Source: Tubulanus polymorphus (lineage: Eukaryota > Animalia > Nemertea). From it: 64,000 nucleotides of DNA. Positions within the stretch are counted from its first letter, which is position 1. Each line of letters begins with the position of its first letter. The stretch covers positions 2,131,950 to 2,195,949 of the forward strand of contig NC_134026.1 in assembly GCF_964204645.1 (NCBI RefSeq). The letters run 5' to 3'. A program made the position numbers and the translations under genes. This document shows positions 14,981 through 27,900 of this stretch, piece after piece. The notes below the pieces were generated by a model. It had not been told where the DNA came from. It was given only the letters and a program-made list of their open reading frames with translations, and searched no databases.

Positions 14981-17562
14981 AGAATCACAAATGTCGAAGA
15001 GAAGTCGTCTTGCAATAAAGATTCAAAACGCGCATGGTTGACAGAGATAAGTGGAAAACATTTGGATTAACATGCCAGCCGGCTAAAATAGATTACCATA
15101 ATATCGGCTGTTACCAGTTGAAAGAAAAGATAAATCCTAGCAACATTAATCAGTGTCTCTGTATTTCAGTCAATGCACAGCGTCAGGAGAAGCGTTTGAA
15201 ATATATTCCCTTTTTCCGAGTCACGTACGCAAATATCTTTAGGCGAAGACAAGCAGCGAAACATTTTTTCTTCGTATAACCGAAACTCCAATCATGATTT
15301 TATTTATAAAGGTTCATTAGTCTTTAATTAAACTCTGACTACGAGGGTTATTTATGAGGTTTTATTTACATATACTTTCATCAGTGAATAAACGTGTTTT
15401 CGGCGAGTTCAGGTTATAAAGGTGGAACCGAATAATCGAGAGCGTGTTGATTAGTTTGATTCGGTCGATAGTTAATTACAGCGCCAGAGGTATCCGATAG
15501 TTTACTTACTGCTGCCTGGTGTAGAGAGGGACAACACAACATAAATTTTCTGATAGCGTGACAACCACATCGCTTCAACAGCACTATTTACACTGGATCA
15601 TACCGAGTCATATAGTTATATTAATCACCCAACAGGGGGCACAATCTTGCGGCCATCTTCACTTAAATATAATTGACAGAGTTGCATAAGATTTAGTGTG
15701 CAGGTCCTCAGATTTCGTCCTCAGATTGTATGTATAGCGAACAGCGGATCGTTTCACAAAGTAGCGATTACTGGTACTGATACAAAGGATTTGAAACTAA
15801 CTCCACACGAAGCCGACTGTACAATGTTGACACACCCGTTTGCCGTGTTTCATCTAAATGGTGATTTTTGGGTTATAATTTGATAGTATTTTATGTGCTA
15901 TAGTGATTAAGAGATGCTGTTGTAGCTGGTAAAATGAAATATACAAATGATATATTTTGGCTTTTAGCCGTAAATAAAACATGAATGAATCTGTTCATAT
16001 ATTCAAGACAACAGGGTTTAACAAGTTCCAGGGTTTGATAATTTGCTTGATCGTACTAGAATATGGAGGAAGATCCATTCCTCGAACTATTCTAAAAGTA
16101 TGGAAGTGTTCAGTCGAGAAAGATTCGGCGAAAGGAATACGTACACATTGAACAAATTGATTCCATCGCCCTAGCACAAATTGAGGATGTCAATAAAAAA
16201 TGTTCGCATTTTTAAGTATGGTTTCGGTGGATTAATTTTTAGTATCGTATAGTATCTACTGTACGCGGAAATCCACTAGGAATCTCCGAAATACGATAAA
16301 CTGAAGCTATTTCCAATAAATAACATCGCAGGGTCATCGTTTGTCATCTAGTTGTCTATAAAGCATTGATCCGGCTAGATATGAGATACGATAACTATTC
16401 AGAATTGGAATCAATGTCACACAGGGTCTCGAATAGAGTACACGCACGCTGCGATTTATTCACGATACAAGATAGAAGAATAAGAAGTGGGAATACATTT
16501 TAAGATTACAATCTACAAGTCCTTGGGAGATTGCTGCGGTATATCGATGTGTCATCTGAACAACGTATCAACCGCTAGTACACGAAAAACAGTTGTGATT
16601 CAACATCGCGACAGATCTAGATTCTCAAGCCTACCGAAAAACAAGTTTCGGGAAATCGGAAACAAGTTTCAAAGTGGGTGTAAATCGTACTGATGATTTC
16701 ACGTGACTTGTTTTGTGTTTATAACGTCCCACTAAACAAATGAGTCTGCTGTTCATCTAACATTTCATTGTTCGTAAAGCCCAAAACAGAACAGGAGGCA
16801 AAAACATGTTTCCAAGCGTTTCCTTATGTCGTCTGCGTTTACGAGAAACGATGTCTACCGATATCAAACATTTTTGATTTCGTGTTTCTCAGCGTCCTGT
16901 ACGTTTGGCTTTACTGTTCGTTATCAGACCCAAACCCTTATGAAATAGAATAATAAAACAATATCGAAATGAATTTTGAAATGGTAGATTCTTCTTGTTA
17001 AATGAAAAATAAATCACAATAACGTGACCGGTCCTTTAAAATCGAGCTTACGGAATTTCGTAGATTGTATTATCACCATCTTATCGACTTATCATCGATC
17101 GATGGCTAAATACTCTGATCGGTATACGCTTCAGTTTATCAGTCGACACTCATGTAATTCAAATGACCTGCTGCAGATTTCGTCGACGCGATCAACTGTA
17201 AGTTTATGGGCTTTAATTACAACCGTGCTGAATTTCGATACACACGACAAGCCGGAATGACTGTGGGGGAAGCAGAATTTGTAATTCGACCAGAATTGCA
17301 TTAAAGATAGGACACAGACGCATCTTAGAAGCGCTATATGTAGCCATTGAATGTAACACTTTTCATAACACTCCTATTTGCTTCAGCTTGTTCTAAACAA
17401 GACAACTACCTTTATCAAGTTCATTGATGCCTTGAAAAATAACACAGATATCGCTTAACAATATAGATGATATATAATATGATATAAATATGATATTGAG
17501 GATCATTAAAGTTATTTTGGATTTGAATACATCGATATTTCAATTGAATTGACCGGCAACCA

Positions 17563-17780
17563 GTCTAGCCCCGATATGTTGATGACGTAGTGCACACATC
17601 CTCTCAAAAATAATAATCAAAATTCATCAAAGTTTTGAAATATTTCTAATTACAAAATATACGCAAAAATCCACAATTGTAATTACTATTAAGAAACGTC
17701 AATATTGATGACGTAGTGCACATCGACTCGACGCACAAAACCCGTTAAATTACGCATGTATGTAAACATTATTGTAACGG
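17563..17780. repeat. Dispersed repeat family A, copy 2 (inverted relative to 3660-3890)
   Basis: TTGATGACGTAGTGCACA occurs twice (~17579, ~17706); flanks also match copy 1. Confidence 0.75.
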
Positions 17781-19151
17781 TTTTTTCACGGCGCCAAAAT
17801 GTTCATTAAATTATTGTCGTTCCGCATTCATACATTCTTTAACAGCAGTATTTTACTCTTTTGATATCTATACATGTATAATATGTGCAACTGCCTTCGC
17901 GAGATCAAATAAAGTTTGCTTTCACGTGGATTAGTTGTTTATTCAGCGCCTAAAAACGAAGCGTTCGAGATAGTGAAGGGTATCGAACGGCTGAGTCTCT
18001 CACACAGAAAACTAATATCTTCTTGTTGAATGGAAAGAATAATTACGTCTAATGATGTGTGATAACTTGAGGTAATGCAAGCATTTGATAATCAGTCAAA
18101 CATATTCTTTTTCCATTGGTGATTAATGACTGCAGTCAAACATGTACGTATACACTATTATTTATGAGCCTTCATTATATGTCTCATCATTCCTAAACAT
18201 TTAGTGCTTATAAAAACAAAATCTGAAAAATTTTCAAATCTCTATTAAATCTCCATGAAAATAAAGTGAATTCAGTGCTTTATTCAGTGCTTAAAATCAC
18301 TTCTTTTATATTGTTCTTATCAATGATTTATTCTTGGAAATAAAACGTTTTTTGGTGCTGTTACCCAAACACTCAAATCCAGTTTCTCGCTTTATTTTCA
18401 AACTAAACAGTTTTTTTTTCTCAGAATGATGGGATTTGAACATTTGTATTTTTCCACGAGTTGCAGGAGTTGCTTTTCAAGTGAAAAATCAATGAAATTC
18501 AAACTACATTGTCGGCGTCTTCCTCTCCTGAACGCGTTCTACATCGTACGGTTTCATTTCACGAGAATATTCTCTTTTGCGTGAATAGAAGAAACTCTTG
18601 CGACGACGGAAATAATCGAAGCGACGTTTTTCATCTGGCGTCTTCACCGTGGCGCGTATTTCTTGAAATTAAAGTGCAATATTTCATACGCTCAAATCGC
18701 AATTGAATGTGACTGGGTGCAGGGTTACGCGTCGAAAGCTAATTCAAAAAAGTTAATCATTTTCCACTGAAATATATTGGATATTAACGGCATGAAAATT
18801 TGCGGCGGTGACATCAGTCAATATTGGCAATAGAACCTGTACACAGTGTTAATCAAATACAAAAAAACCATCCAGCAATATGAACGAGCATCATAGGATA
18901 TAATACATCGAATAGCTTGTGAACTCTAGATGGCCCAACTAAATTAATTAATGATATATATGCTCATGATTGAACTGGTATATACGTGTCTATTTTTGTA
19001 AAAAGGCCTACCAGTGATTAACCACATTTAAAGTTATTCAAATATCATCAAATTCTGAAAAAATATCGATAATCAGCTTCGGTAATCATCGGGTCGAGCA
19101 GGAAAAGCACGTGACCGCGTTATATAGGTTGGCTTTATTCCCAATCATCTA

Positions 19152-19330
19152 ATTCTCTCATTCATGAGAATTTTATGAATCAAACAGTTCATTCTGAAGA
19201 TTCCAAGCACAGTACCGGTATCACAGACGGGTCACCCGCCTTCCCAGGCGACATCGTCTACGATGCTGAAGTGCCACGTACATAATTTGGGTTCGAAACC
19301 TTGAATAATGGAATTGAGACAACGCACGAA
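19152..19330 (+). repeat. Dispersed repeat family B, copy 2
   Basis: Aligns with 14790-14980; contains GGTTCGAAACC. Confidence 0.6.
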
Positions 19331-22300
19331 CATAGCGGATCTATCACTGTGTCCCACATCATATCCCCACGTCAGTCGTCTATGGATACATTTGAAGGAG
19401 TGGCCTGGGTAATTTTGAACTATTATATTTCAATAGTTTAATGAACTGTTATTATCACCATCGATTTCATACGTTCAATATTTGCACGATTCGTGTACCG
19501 CGACGTTGATCCTAGATTTACAGAATCAATTTTCTCGCAATCATGACTACGAATCCGTTTTCTGTTGACAGGCAATTCCGTTGAGTTGGATGTAACGGTA
19601 TCTCGTAAGCGTGTCTGGAAGCGTTTTACAGCCTGAATACCGAACCATCTGTATTCTATCTGAATACAGAATTCCTGAAGTAAACACGATATACATGTAC
19701 ATATTTTAGCCGTTGCAGTGTCAACATACTGAAATATGATGCTAAAACCGAACTAAAACTAATCAATCGGTTACAGATAATATTACAACCACACCATCCA
19801 CTCTGGACGGACGTTGAATCATTATTTATGTGTTATTCGCTCCTCTACTGGACAGTTACTGGTGTATTAAAGATCTAAATGGGCAGCGAGCTCTGAGAAT
19901 AATTCGACGCCAGTATGTGATGACAATGTCAATTTCCATCCGGCAAGCGGCAGGAAAATTTAATAATCGACAGCCTACAGGCCGTCCGTCATCAACTGAC
20001 AGATATGTACGTAAATCGAGTCAGAGTTGCTGTTAGCAATACGGTGCTTTGGTCTCCGGGAGGTTATCTAACTCTGCAAGATTATCGCTTCACTTATCAT
20101 CAACAGACTGCTGGTCAGAATATTTGACGTAATAAGCAATATTTTCATGAGAATGTCGAATGATATATTTCGATGTAAATCGACGGTGTAATAGACATCG
20201 GTTTTTAAAACAGATGTCGTTGAAAGACTCCTCTACAAATTGGGTACGGTATATCACAGTTGAGTAGAATATGTATGACTCGAGATTTGAATAACTGGAA
20301 ATCAACTCACTGAAGTCCAACCAAGCCAAGAAATTGGAAATGGATCCCAAAGAACATTCCAGAACTCAACATTGCTGAAAAGAACACGCCTTAAAACTGA
20401 TTTCTGACGACAAGGAAGAACTTGCTTTGAAGTTAAATAATTAGATTCTACTCGATAGCCTCGTATAAAATTAGTCATTATGAATGTAATAAAGGCTAGA
20501 CATTTTATACAGAGACATAATGACCGTATTCTATACGATGCAGTGTACACACGATCCTACAGATGCTACGGCGTTATCTCTCGTTTTTGATTGTTGAGAG
20601 GACTACTTCACCCTGGCAAAATGTACTATCGGATGCAGTGAAACTGCTTAATGAATTCGGTACAACTGGATGGCTATTATCGTCGTGCCAGTGTTCTGAT
20701 GTATTTCTTTCTGAACGGTTTCAACGAGCAATTATCGCGTCACTTGTTATATGCTGGCTGAAATTGTATTTCTCATATAGCGGCGAAGCTCGTTCGCCGG
20801 ACGAACGGGTGAAAAAGACATTACTCTGAATGGGTTGTTCTCCTAGTAAAAACGATCCCAATCAGCGATAACGTATACTGAAAACAGATTTCAGCCGTTG
20901 GAACTTCTCATCGCAAAGAAAGATTTCCAGACGTACCAATTTAAATTATAACTTTTATAATCGAAACATCATTTCCAGTGTAAGAACAGAAGAATTCAGT
21001 GGCTTAGCGAGATTAGATAGAGCACCTGTTCTTAATCATAATTTACTCTGGTTTCCCGCTCAGCGAGTATCAACAAAATACAGATCTTACCAAACCGTTT
21101 ACAAACTCAGTCGATATATGAGTAAATAAAACTACGCCGATACTCAACTTCCTGCTGCCAAATGTTGTAAAACTTTATTCTATTCAAACGAGTGAAAATG
21201 AAGTTTTCGATAGATTCAAGCTTGACAGAAACAGACGCGAAAATACTTCGCCACTTTGTATATATATGTATGTATGTATAGCTTACAGTTTTTGACGGTA
21301 AAGTGAAAGGTTTTCCGGCAAGCTAATCGCAAAATGATTGACGACGTTTTCTCAAAAACTAGTGCATATACTACTTAATATACGCGCACAATTACAGGTT
21401 ACATCAAATTTCGTCGCAGCGGTAACATTTACGCATATCGACGGTATAAAGTTTACCGACGTCTGGTGCCGATGACAAACGATGACAAACCTGATATAAT
21501 CAACAGGAAATTGGCCATCTACAATTCAAGTCAGGTTTTCTTGTCTGCGTGGTGATAAAATATAAGTCTCACGCCGCATATGGTGTGAAGTTTTATAACG
21601 TGAAAACGTCAGAAGGCAAGCCGCTGAAATGGATCGCTACCGTATACACGAAAAGCCATCAATTCAAATTTTACAAATTTTGAATAGAAATCACACGTGA
21701 CTTGAACTTGCGAATATGACGAAAACCTGACTGTAGAATCTCTAGTTAGACGAGCTACAAATACACGAAAAGCGGAATTGTAAAAAAAAAATGTACCATG
21801 GCATTTATTTTCTTCGAAAAACATTTTTTGATCGAAGTGCGTTATTTTGAGAACGAGTGTTTGGATTGTATGAAAATCGTTTAGAAAAATATTTCTCGCT
21901 TACAGCATTTTGCTTAAAACAGCTGATGACTAAGCGATCACCATCCAGCACTTGTAATCCACGAACAGAAGTTCATTCTCTTCAGTTATGAGAAATATTC
22001 GTTTCATGAAATCTAAACAAATCATAAATCCTAATTTTCAAGCTGCATAACACACAGTTTAGCACAGATTTTAATGTCATCATTCATCTTCAAAAAACCT
22101 CCTCGAAATGAGTGAACGTCGAAGATTCGGCTTAGTTGATTCCATCGGTTTGTCACGTAATGATATCTGAAAACGAAAATCACAGAAACTAAGATTATAG
22201 ATTTAATCGCCATGCAGTACATACCGCATGCAAATATGGGATTGGTTTGAGATTGATTCAAACTTTAGCGAAATTTCGTTTTCAAAAGTGAAAAATAAGT

Positions 22301-23161
22301 TTAAATTCATAACTTACCAGAATATTTGAGTTGTGAAGAATGAATCTATCCTCGATGAATTGATATTCCGAATGTTCAATGTTGAAAGTTATAGAAACGT
22401 CTTCTTCAGTTGACCGCTCTCAATTCAACCGCTGCCGCTCGAAATATTCAAATAGAGTAAAACGTAAAACATCGACATACTGGTTAACGTTAAAAACAGA
22501 GAAAAACCGAGGATTAAAACTCGAACGCTGAAACACATTGTTAGTTTATAACTGTAACTAAGTAACGATGATTCCACTACGGACGGAGGTACCGACGATC
22601 TGACGTAAGAACGCTTCAACATTTTGTGTCGTTTAAATCGGTTCCGACGTAAAATTGTTAACGCGATTACGCCGGCAGCGTATGGTTGTTCCTCGTAACG
22701 ACTGACGTTAAGAACCGAACGACGTTTAACGTCTGGCAATCATACGTTACGCTTCAAACGCTGCTAGCGTACTGGAATCAACGTCCTCGTTGAAATACTT
22801 ATCGCCCGTACTACAATTCTATAGCAATCGAATCCCCATCCTTTTAAAGAATGTCAACATCTTTCTTTGTGAATGAACGTGGTTTCATGGTTTCAATATC
22901 TAAACATGAAAATCTAAGGTAGATATAGCTGCAAAACAGCGAAAATAGGTTTCGGCCTTTGTGACGCCGACACCTCAAGTTACGTGCAGGTCGTCCGGCT
23001 ACGGAGAAACTTGTGTTGAATTATTCGTCTATTACCAAAAATATATTATATTTATCTTGTGTCTTTTCTAATGTATATTTGCTTTTACCATATTCATAAT
23101 CGAAAATAACATTTCATTGGCTGGACGACATACGACAAATGATCAGATCGATGTGCCAAAG

Positions 23162-23395
23162 AGAGGGAGAGGGACAGGGCCGGGGTGAGGTAGAGGGAGT
23201 TTGACAGGGCCGGGATGAGGGAGAGGGACAGGGCCGGGGTGAGGGACAGGGCCGGGGTGAGGGACAGGGACAGGGCCGGGGTGAGGGACAGGGACAGGGC
23301 CGGGGTGAGGGACAGGGACAGGGACAGGACCGGGTGAGGGACAGGGCCGGGGCGAGGGAGAGGGACAGGGCCGGGGTGAGGTATAGGGGGTGGGT
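23162..23395 (+). repeat. G-rich minisatellite built from GGGACA and GGGCCGGGGTGA units
   Basis: Directly visible tandem array; produces the spurious low-complexity ORFs at 23094-23534. Confidence 0.92.
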
Positions 23396-24850
23396 GAGAA
23401 TGCGTGCACTTATTTCCAATTCGCGCCGAATGAAAACAAAATCCGTTTCGGAAGCGCAAATATACATTTGGGCACGGTCCAATGGGAAGAAATTGTGCAT
23501 CTGCATTTTTAGTAGTTTAAAGAGTCCGCTATGAATATGATCAAATAAACTTTATTAAACTGGGCAAACGAAACTGTAGATTTATTGTCATGATTTGAGT
23601 CGCAACTATTATCCACGCACGTTTTTTTCTTTGGAATGAAATTAAACAGCTTGGAAAAACAGAGTTTCAGCTTACATGACTAACATTGTGAGTCCGAATA
23701 AGCTTTATTACGCGTTGCATCTAAATATGTGCTTAGGGAAATATAGACGTCGTTTATTTGTCTTCGTAATAAAAGTTTCACTTATTGGCACAAGCTTTGA
23801 TTATGACCAGGTATATATTATGCTGAAGAACTATTTTTATATCAGCGATCTAGAAGCGCGATGGAAACTGCTTTATTTTCTTGTTGTCTCCTGTTACTAT
23901 CGGTTACCTACGGTAAGCTTGCACCACCATCTCCTTAATATTTTGTGAGTTAAATCGGGTATAGAAAAATCTAATCTCGGCAGTTGAAGATCTTACATCA
24001 CTTTTCGGCTTCGAGAAAGTTCATTTGCTCGGTTATAAATTTATAATTTCAGCTTTTACAGCGAATATAGGGGTCAAACGCAGCGTAAGTTTAAGATATA
24101 CGTAGCATTTTTATATCCCTGGAAAACAAACGAGGCGGTCACTCAAATTCCCGACAGTCCAAAAGATTCACACGTTGGAAATCGGTACAGTATAAAGATA
24201 GGCGCCTTAGTCCTATCAGTGACTTTCTTTGCCAAAATTCCGATTCTGCTACCGATTTTGCATAGATCAACACTTTCGCTAGGCATGCGTCAAGGTGTGA
24301 CAGAGCCCCCTATATGAAGATATCGTATATACAAGTGAGACACGACATCCATTGCGGCGGTCCCGTAAATGAATTATCCCAAGTCTAGAACCTCTTAGCA
24401 AGGAATAAGAATCTCTTTAGAGGGATTCACCCAATAATCCTCAGTATTAACAGTAAGCCGGTCTCACTAATGTAATGAAAGAAACGTTGAACGTTGCACT
24501 GAGGAAGATCGTTATTTGCCTTCAGTAGTTTTGATTGTTGAAAGTAAGGCCATAATTGATATATACAATGTTCATTGTATTAGCTACGTCTATTATTATT
24601 ATGTACGCCACACGTAATTACAAAATCGTGTATTTCAGCTGTGTTCAATTCGTTGTATCGCAACACATTCAATGAAATATATCGTATTCAGCTGTTCCAG
24701 TGGTTTCCACGTTTGGGCAAACATCACTTTGACCCTTACTGCAGGTGGACAGACATTTAGATTGTCATTTTCGACGCGGGTGATCAGCAAACCGAAAATG
24801 TTTAAGTTACAGCTGGTATCAGAACAAACGCTTTTTAATGTTGATGAATC

Positions 24851-24887
24851 TATAAAATCTGTTAGTTTATTTTGTTCGGTCTCAGTT
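24851..24887 (+). promoter_or_regulatory. TATA box plus Initiator of the plus-strand astacin gene
   Basis: TATAAAA 24851-24857 and TCAGTT 24882-24887 at canonical spacing, ~70 nt before the ATG at 24954. Confidence 0.6.
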
Positions 24888-24953
24888 TTGGTCACTCGTT
24901 TACACTTCGTACACGTCATCGAGTTCATTCCTGGGTAAAGCTAAACCTTGGGT

Positions 24954-27900
24954 ATGCGCGGAATATTGCTGTGCGGTCTAATCGGACTGCTTACTGTTCC
25001 CAGTTTCTGGGTATTTGGAGAATATCGTGATGAACGTAATAATCAAGTGAACGCTGGGCAAAAGGTAAAACCTACAGCGAGAAAACGTTACTTTATACAT
25101 ACTCAACATTTTCCCGATGATTCATGTCTCCTGGGGATGTTTTTTCGTTCTACAGATTTGTTTTTCACCAACTTCCCCACACTTATGAGTAAAATTTATT
25201 CCCCTCACAAAATGAAACCGATACTAATTTAACAGGTATTTCAATTTTATTCGATTTATGAAATGATTCAATGTATAAAGTGATGGAAGATATCGTTCTA
25301 GGTGAGAACGGTTGATGACGAAGGTTTCAGCGAGGAACAACAGAAGTCGGCTAGTCATATGTTCACAAATGGAATCGAAATCAACAATGAAGAGTCAGCG
25401 ATTGTAAGTAAGGCTGAGGTGAGTCTTATGAGCGAACTACATGTATTTACTTCATAATTTGCTTGGACACTTATAGGATATGTTTGATCATCGAGGAGAT
25501 CGCGATGAAGCCGTTGAAGATATCATCGTTCAATTGGAAAATCATGTGATGAAACAGAATGGAAAACTCACCGATGAAGAACAGAAGAAAATCATCGATA
25601 CAGCATTGGGTGTCGTTGACGGAAAAATAACAGTAGGTTTTGTAAAAAGTAGACAATTTATATTTTTGTTTATCTCTTCAAGACTAATTATTTCATACAC
25701 TCTATTAAATAAAAGGGAACATAAGGTGCATATGTTAATGTCTAATCAAGAAATATCAATGAATGTTGTTTAATAGAATTAATGTTGCATTTATTTTTGT
25801 TTCATGATAGATTGATGAAGCATTTGAGAAAATCAAGGTTCCGATGAGAATAACTCGTAGGACGGTTTCAGCTAACGAGCATAGCAGAGCGAAACGAAAG
25901 ATTCTCAAAAACAAAAACGATTTATGGGAGAAAGGAATTGTTCCTTATCGCTGGCATTTAGATCCAAGATACAAATCGAGTAAGTTCCAAAAATCGAAAT
26001 CTTTTTTTTTCAATTTTCGAACAACAATGTGTGTATCGATCCGCTAGTTCTATAAATTCGAGTAAATTACAGGCAACGGCACGAGGGAAAATTGTTTAAG
26101 AGTGATGCAATACTACGCGCGCATTTCGTGTCTGACTTTTCCTAAATATGACAAACAGTTACAAGCAAAATATGACCTCAGAAAAGATGGTTCTTTGTTG
26201 ATTGGCGATTACGGAGGAGGGTAAGAATGAAATATATACCGATAATAGCAGTAATACAAAAAGTAGGAAATGACTCGAATGTCTCTTGTTTCCAGAGCGT
26301 GTTACTCCTATGTTGGAAAACATAACAATCCTAACGGCCAGCAAATTTCATCTTGCGTGAGTTGAAAGTTTAACTATAAGATTTATTTGACATGTATCTT
26401 AATTATCATATTCCATCGAATTTATGCCGATGTTTGTATAAAACCTATACGTTCAATGAAATATCGGTGATCAGTGATATTTCTATACTTAAAGGCTTTC
26501 ACACACGAATTAGGACATGCCTTAGGACTCCATCATGAACACCAACGAGCTGACCGCGATGGTTACTTGAATATATACCCCGATAACGCCTCGCCGAGTA
26601 AGCAATGTTTTAATTTAACTCACTGTTATCGAAATAAGTTCGGAAAAAATATTTAGCGGTTGAGGTTTAATGATGTCTTGCCCAAAATGTCAGGAAATAA
26701 TGCTCAATCTTTTTTCTTATAATCCAGAATATCGTGGTACTACTGGGTTGATAAGTGCAACTGGTTATGACTACAGTGTCCCATATGACTATTCATCAGT
26801 CATGCATTACGGTCTAACGGTAACCATTGTTCATAATGTATCGTTTATGTACATTTCTATATTGCATTTCAATAGTATTTATGTGATTTCACGTATAACC
26901 TATCACTTCGATATAACAAAATTCGATGTTACGAAATTTCTCAGGACGCTTCATCTCAAAGTGATCAAAATCTTGTTTGAAATTGTATCGAAAGAGGCTA
27001 TGTAACTATTATAATTGATGAATTGATGATATTCCTGAATGACGTTTCAGACATTTTCAAGAAATGGTAGACTTGTTTATGACGTAAAAGATAAATCGGA
27101 GAGGTTTCTAATGGGAAGCCGTGGACTCAGTTTCTATGACATCATGACACTGAATAAAGGTTACGAATGCACAGGTATAAGGAAAGCCATTTAGTACTAA
27201 ACGAATTTGTTCTGTAGCACACACTCGATTCACGCACTCTAATTTCTGATTTCAGCTTTGAAATGTCCGGGCAAAAAATTTGATTGTCAGAACGGCGGTT
27301 TCCCGGCATTCATTGATCAGAAATGCCAGTGCTATTGCCCTCCTGGACTAGGTGGTGAGAAGTGCGAAAAAACTTTCAAGCCTGGTAAGGAAATGTATGA
27401 AATGTATGAATCTAATGTCTCAAATGTCCTGGACATAATTGCACATGACCTACATTTCAGCGGCCGCATCCTCGTGGCCCGGGGGCAGTTACGGTTTTCT
27501 CATGCCTTCAAGTGGATGTCCCACAAATGGGAATTTCCATCAAGGAACCAGGGAACACACAACCCCTACAGCGAGTCGAATCTACGATAAGCCCATTTCA
27601 TTTTCCACGAACCTGATAAACGGTAAAAAAGTGAAAGAACACTTTTGTATGATGAAGAATCAACCTGATAATGGAAATACGTGGCCAAGAGGGAAATATT
27701 GTCTATATAAATTAGGAACTTGTCCAGAAGGTAAACATTGAAATCTAGTTTGTGAGAATTTATGTATTCCTGTATTCAGTTGAAATTTGTATTTGTATTT
27801 GAAGGTTTTCTCGTTGGTTCGTTGACGTTTGACGACGTGGATGTGGACAACAATACGAAATCGGGCGTATTACCGGACGGTGATTACAATCAGGGAACTA

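Noticed and set aside
22312-22750. Minus-strand first exon (donor GTAAGT at 22317) of a gene with a long intron hosting Ly6
   Set aside because: Only a donor motif and CpG-rich context; cannot be linked to a downstream exon without transcripts.
23094-23534. Pro/Cys-rich ORFs (PSPRPC, PHPGPV)
   Set aside because: Open in several frames only because the minisatellite lacks stops; no gene structure.
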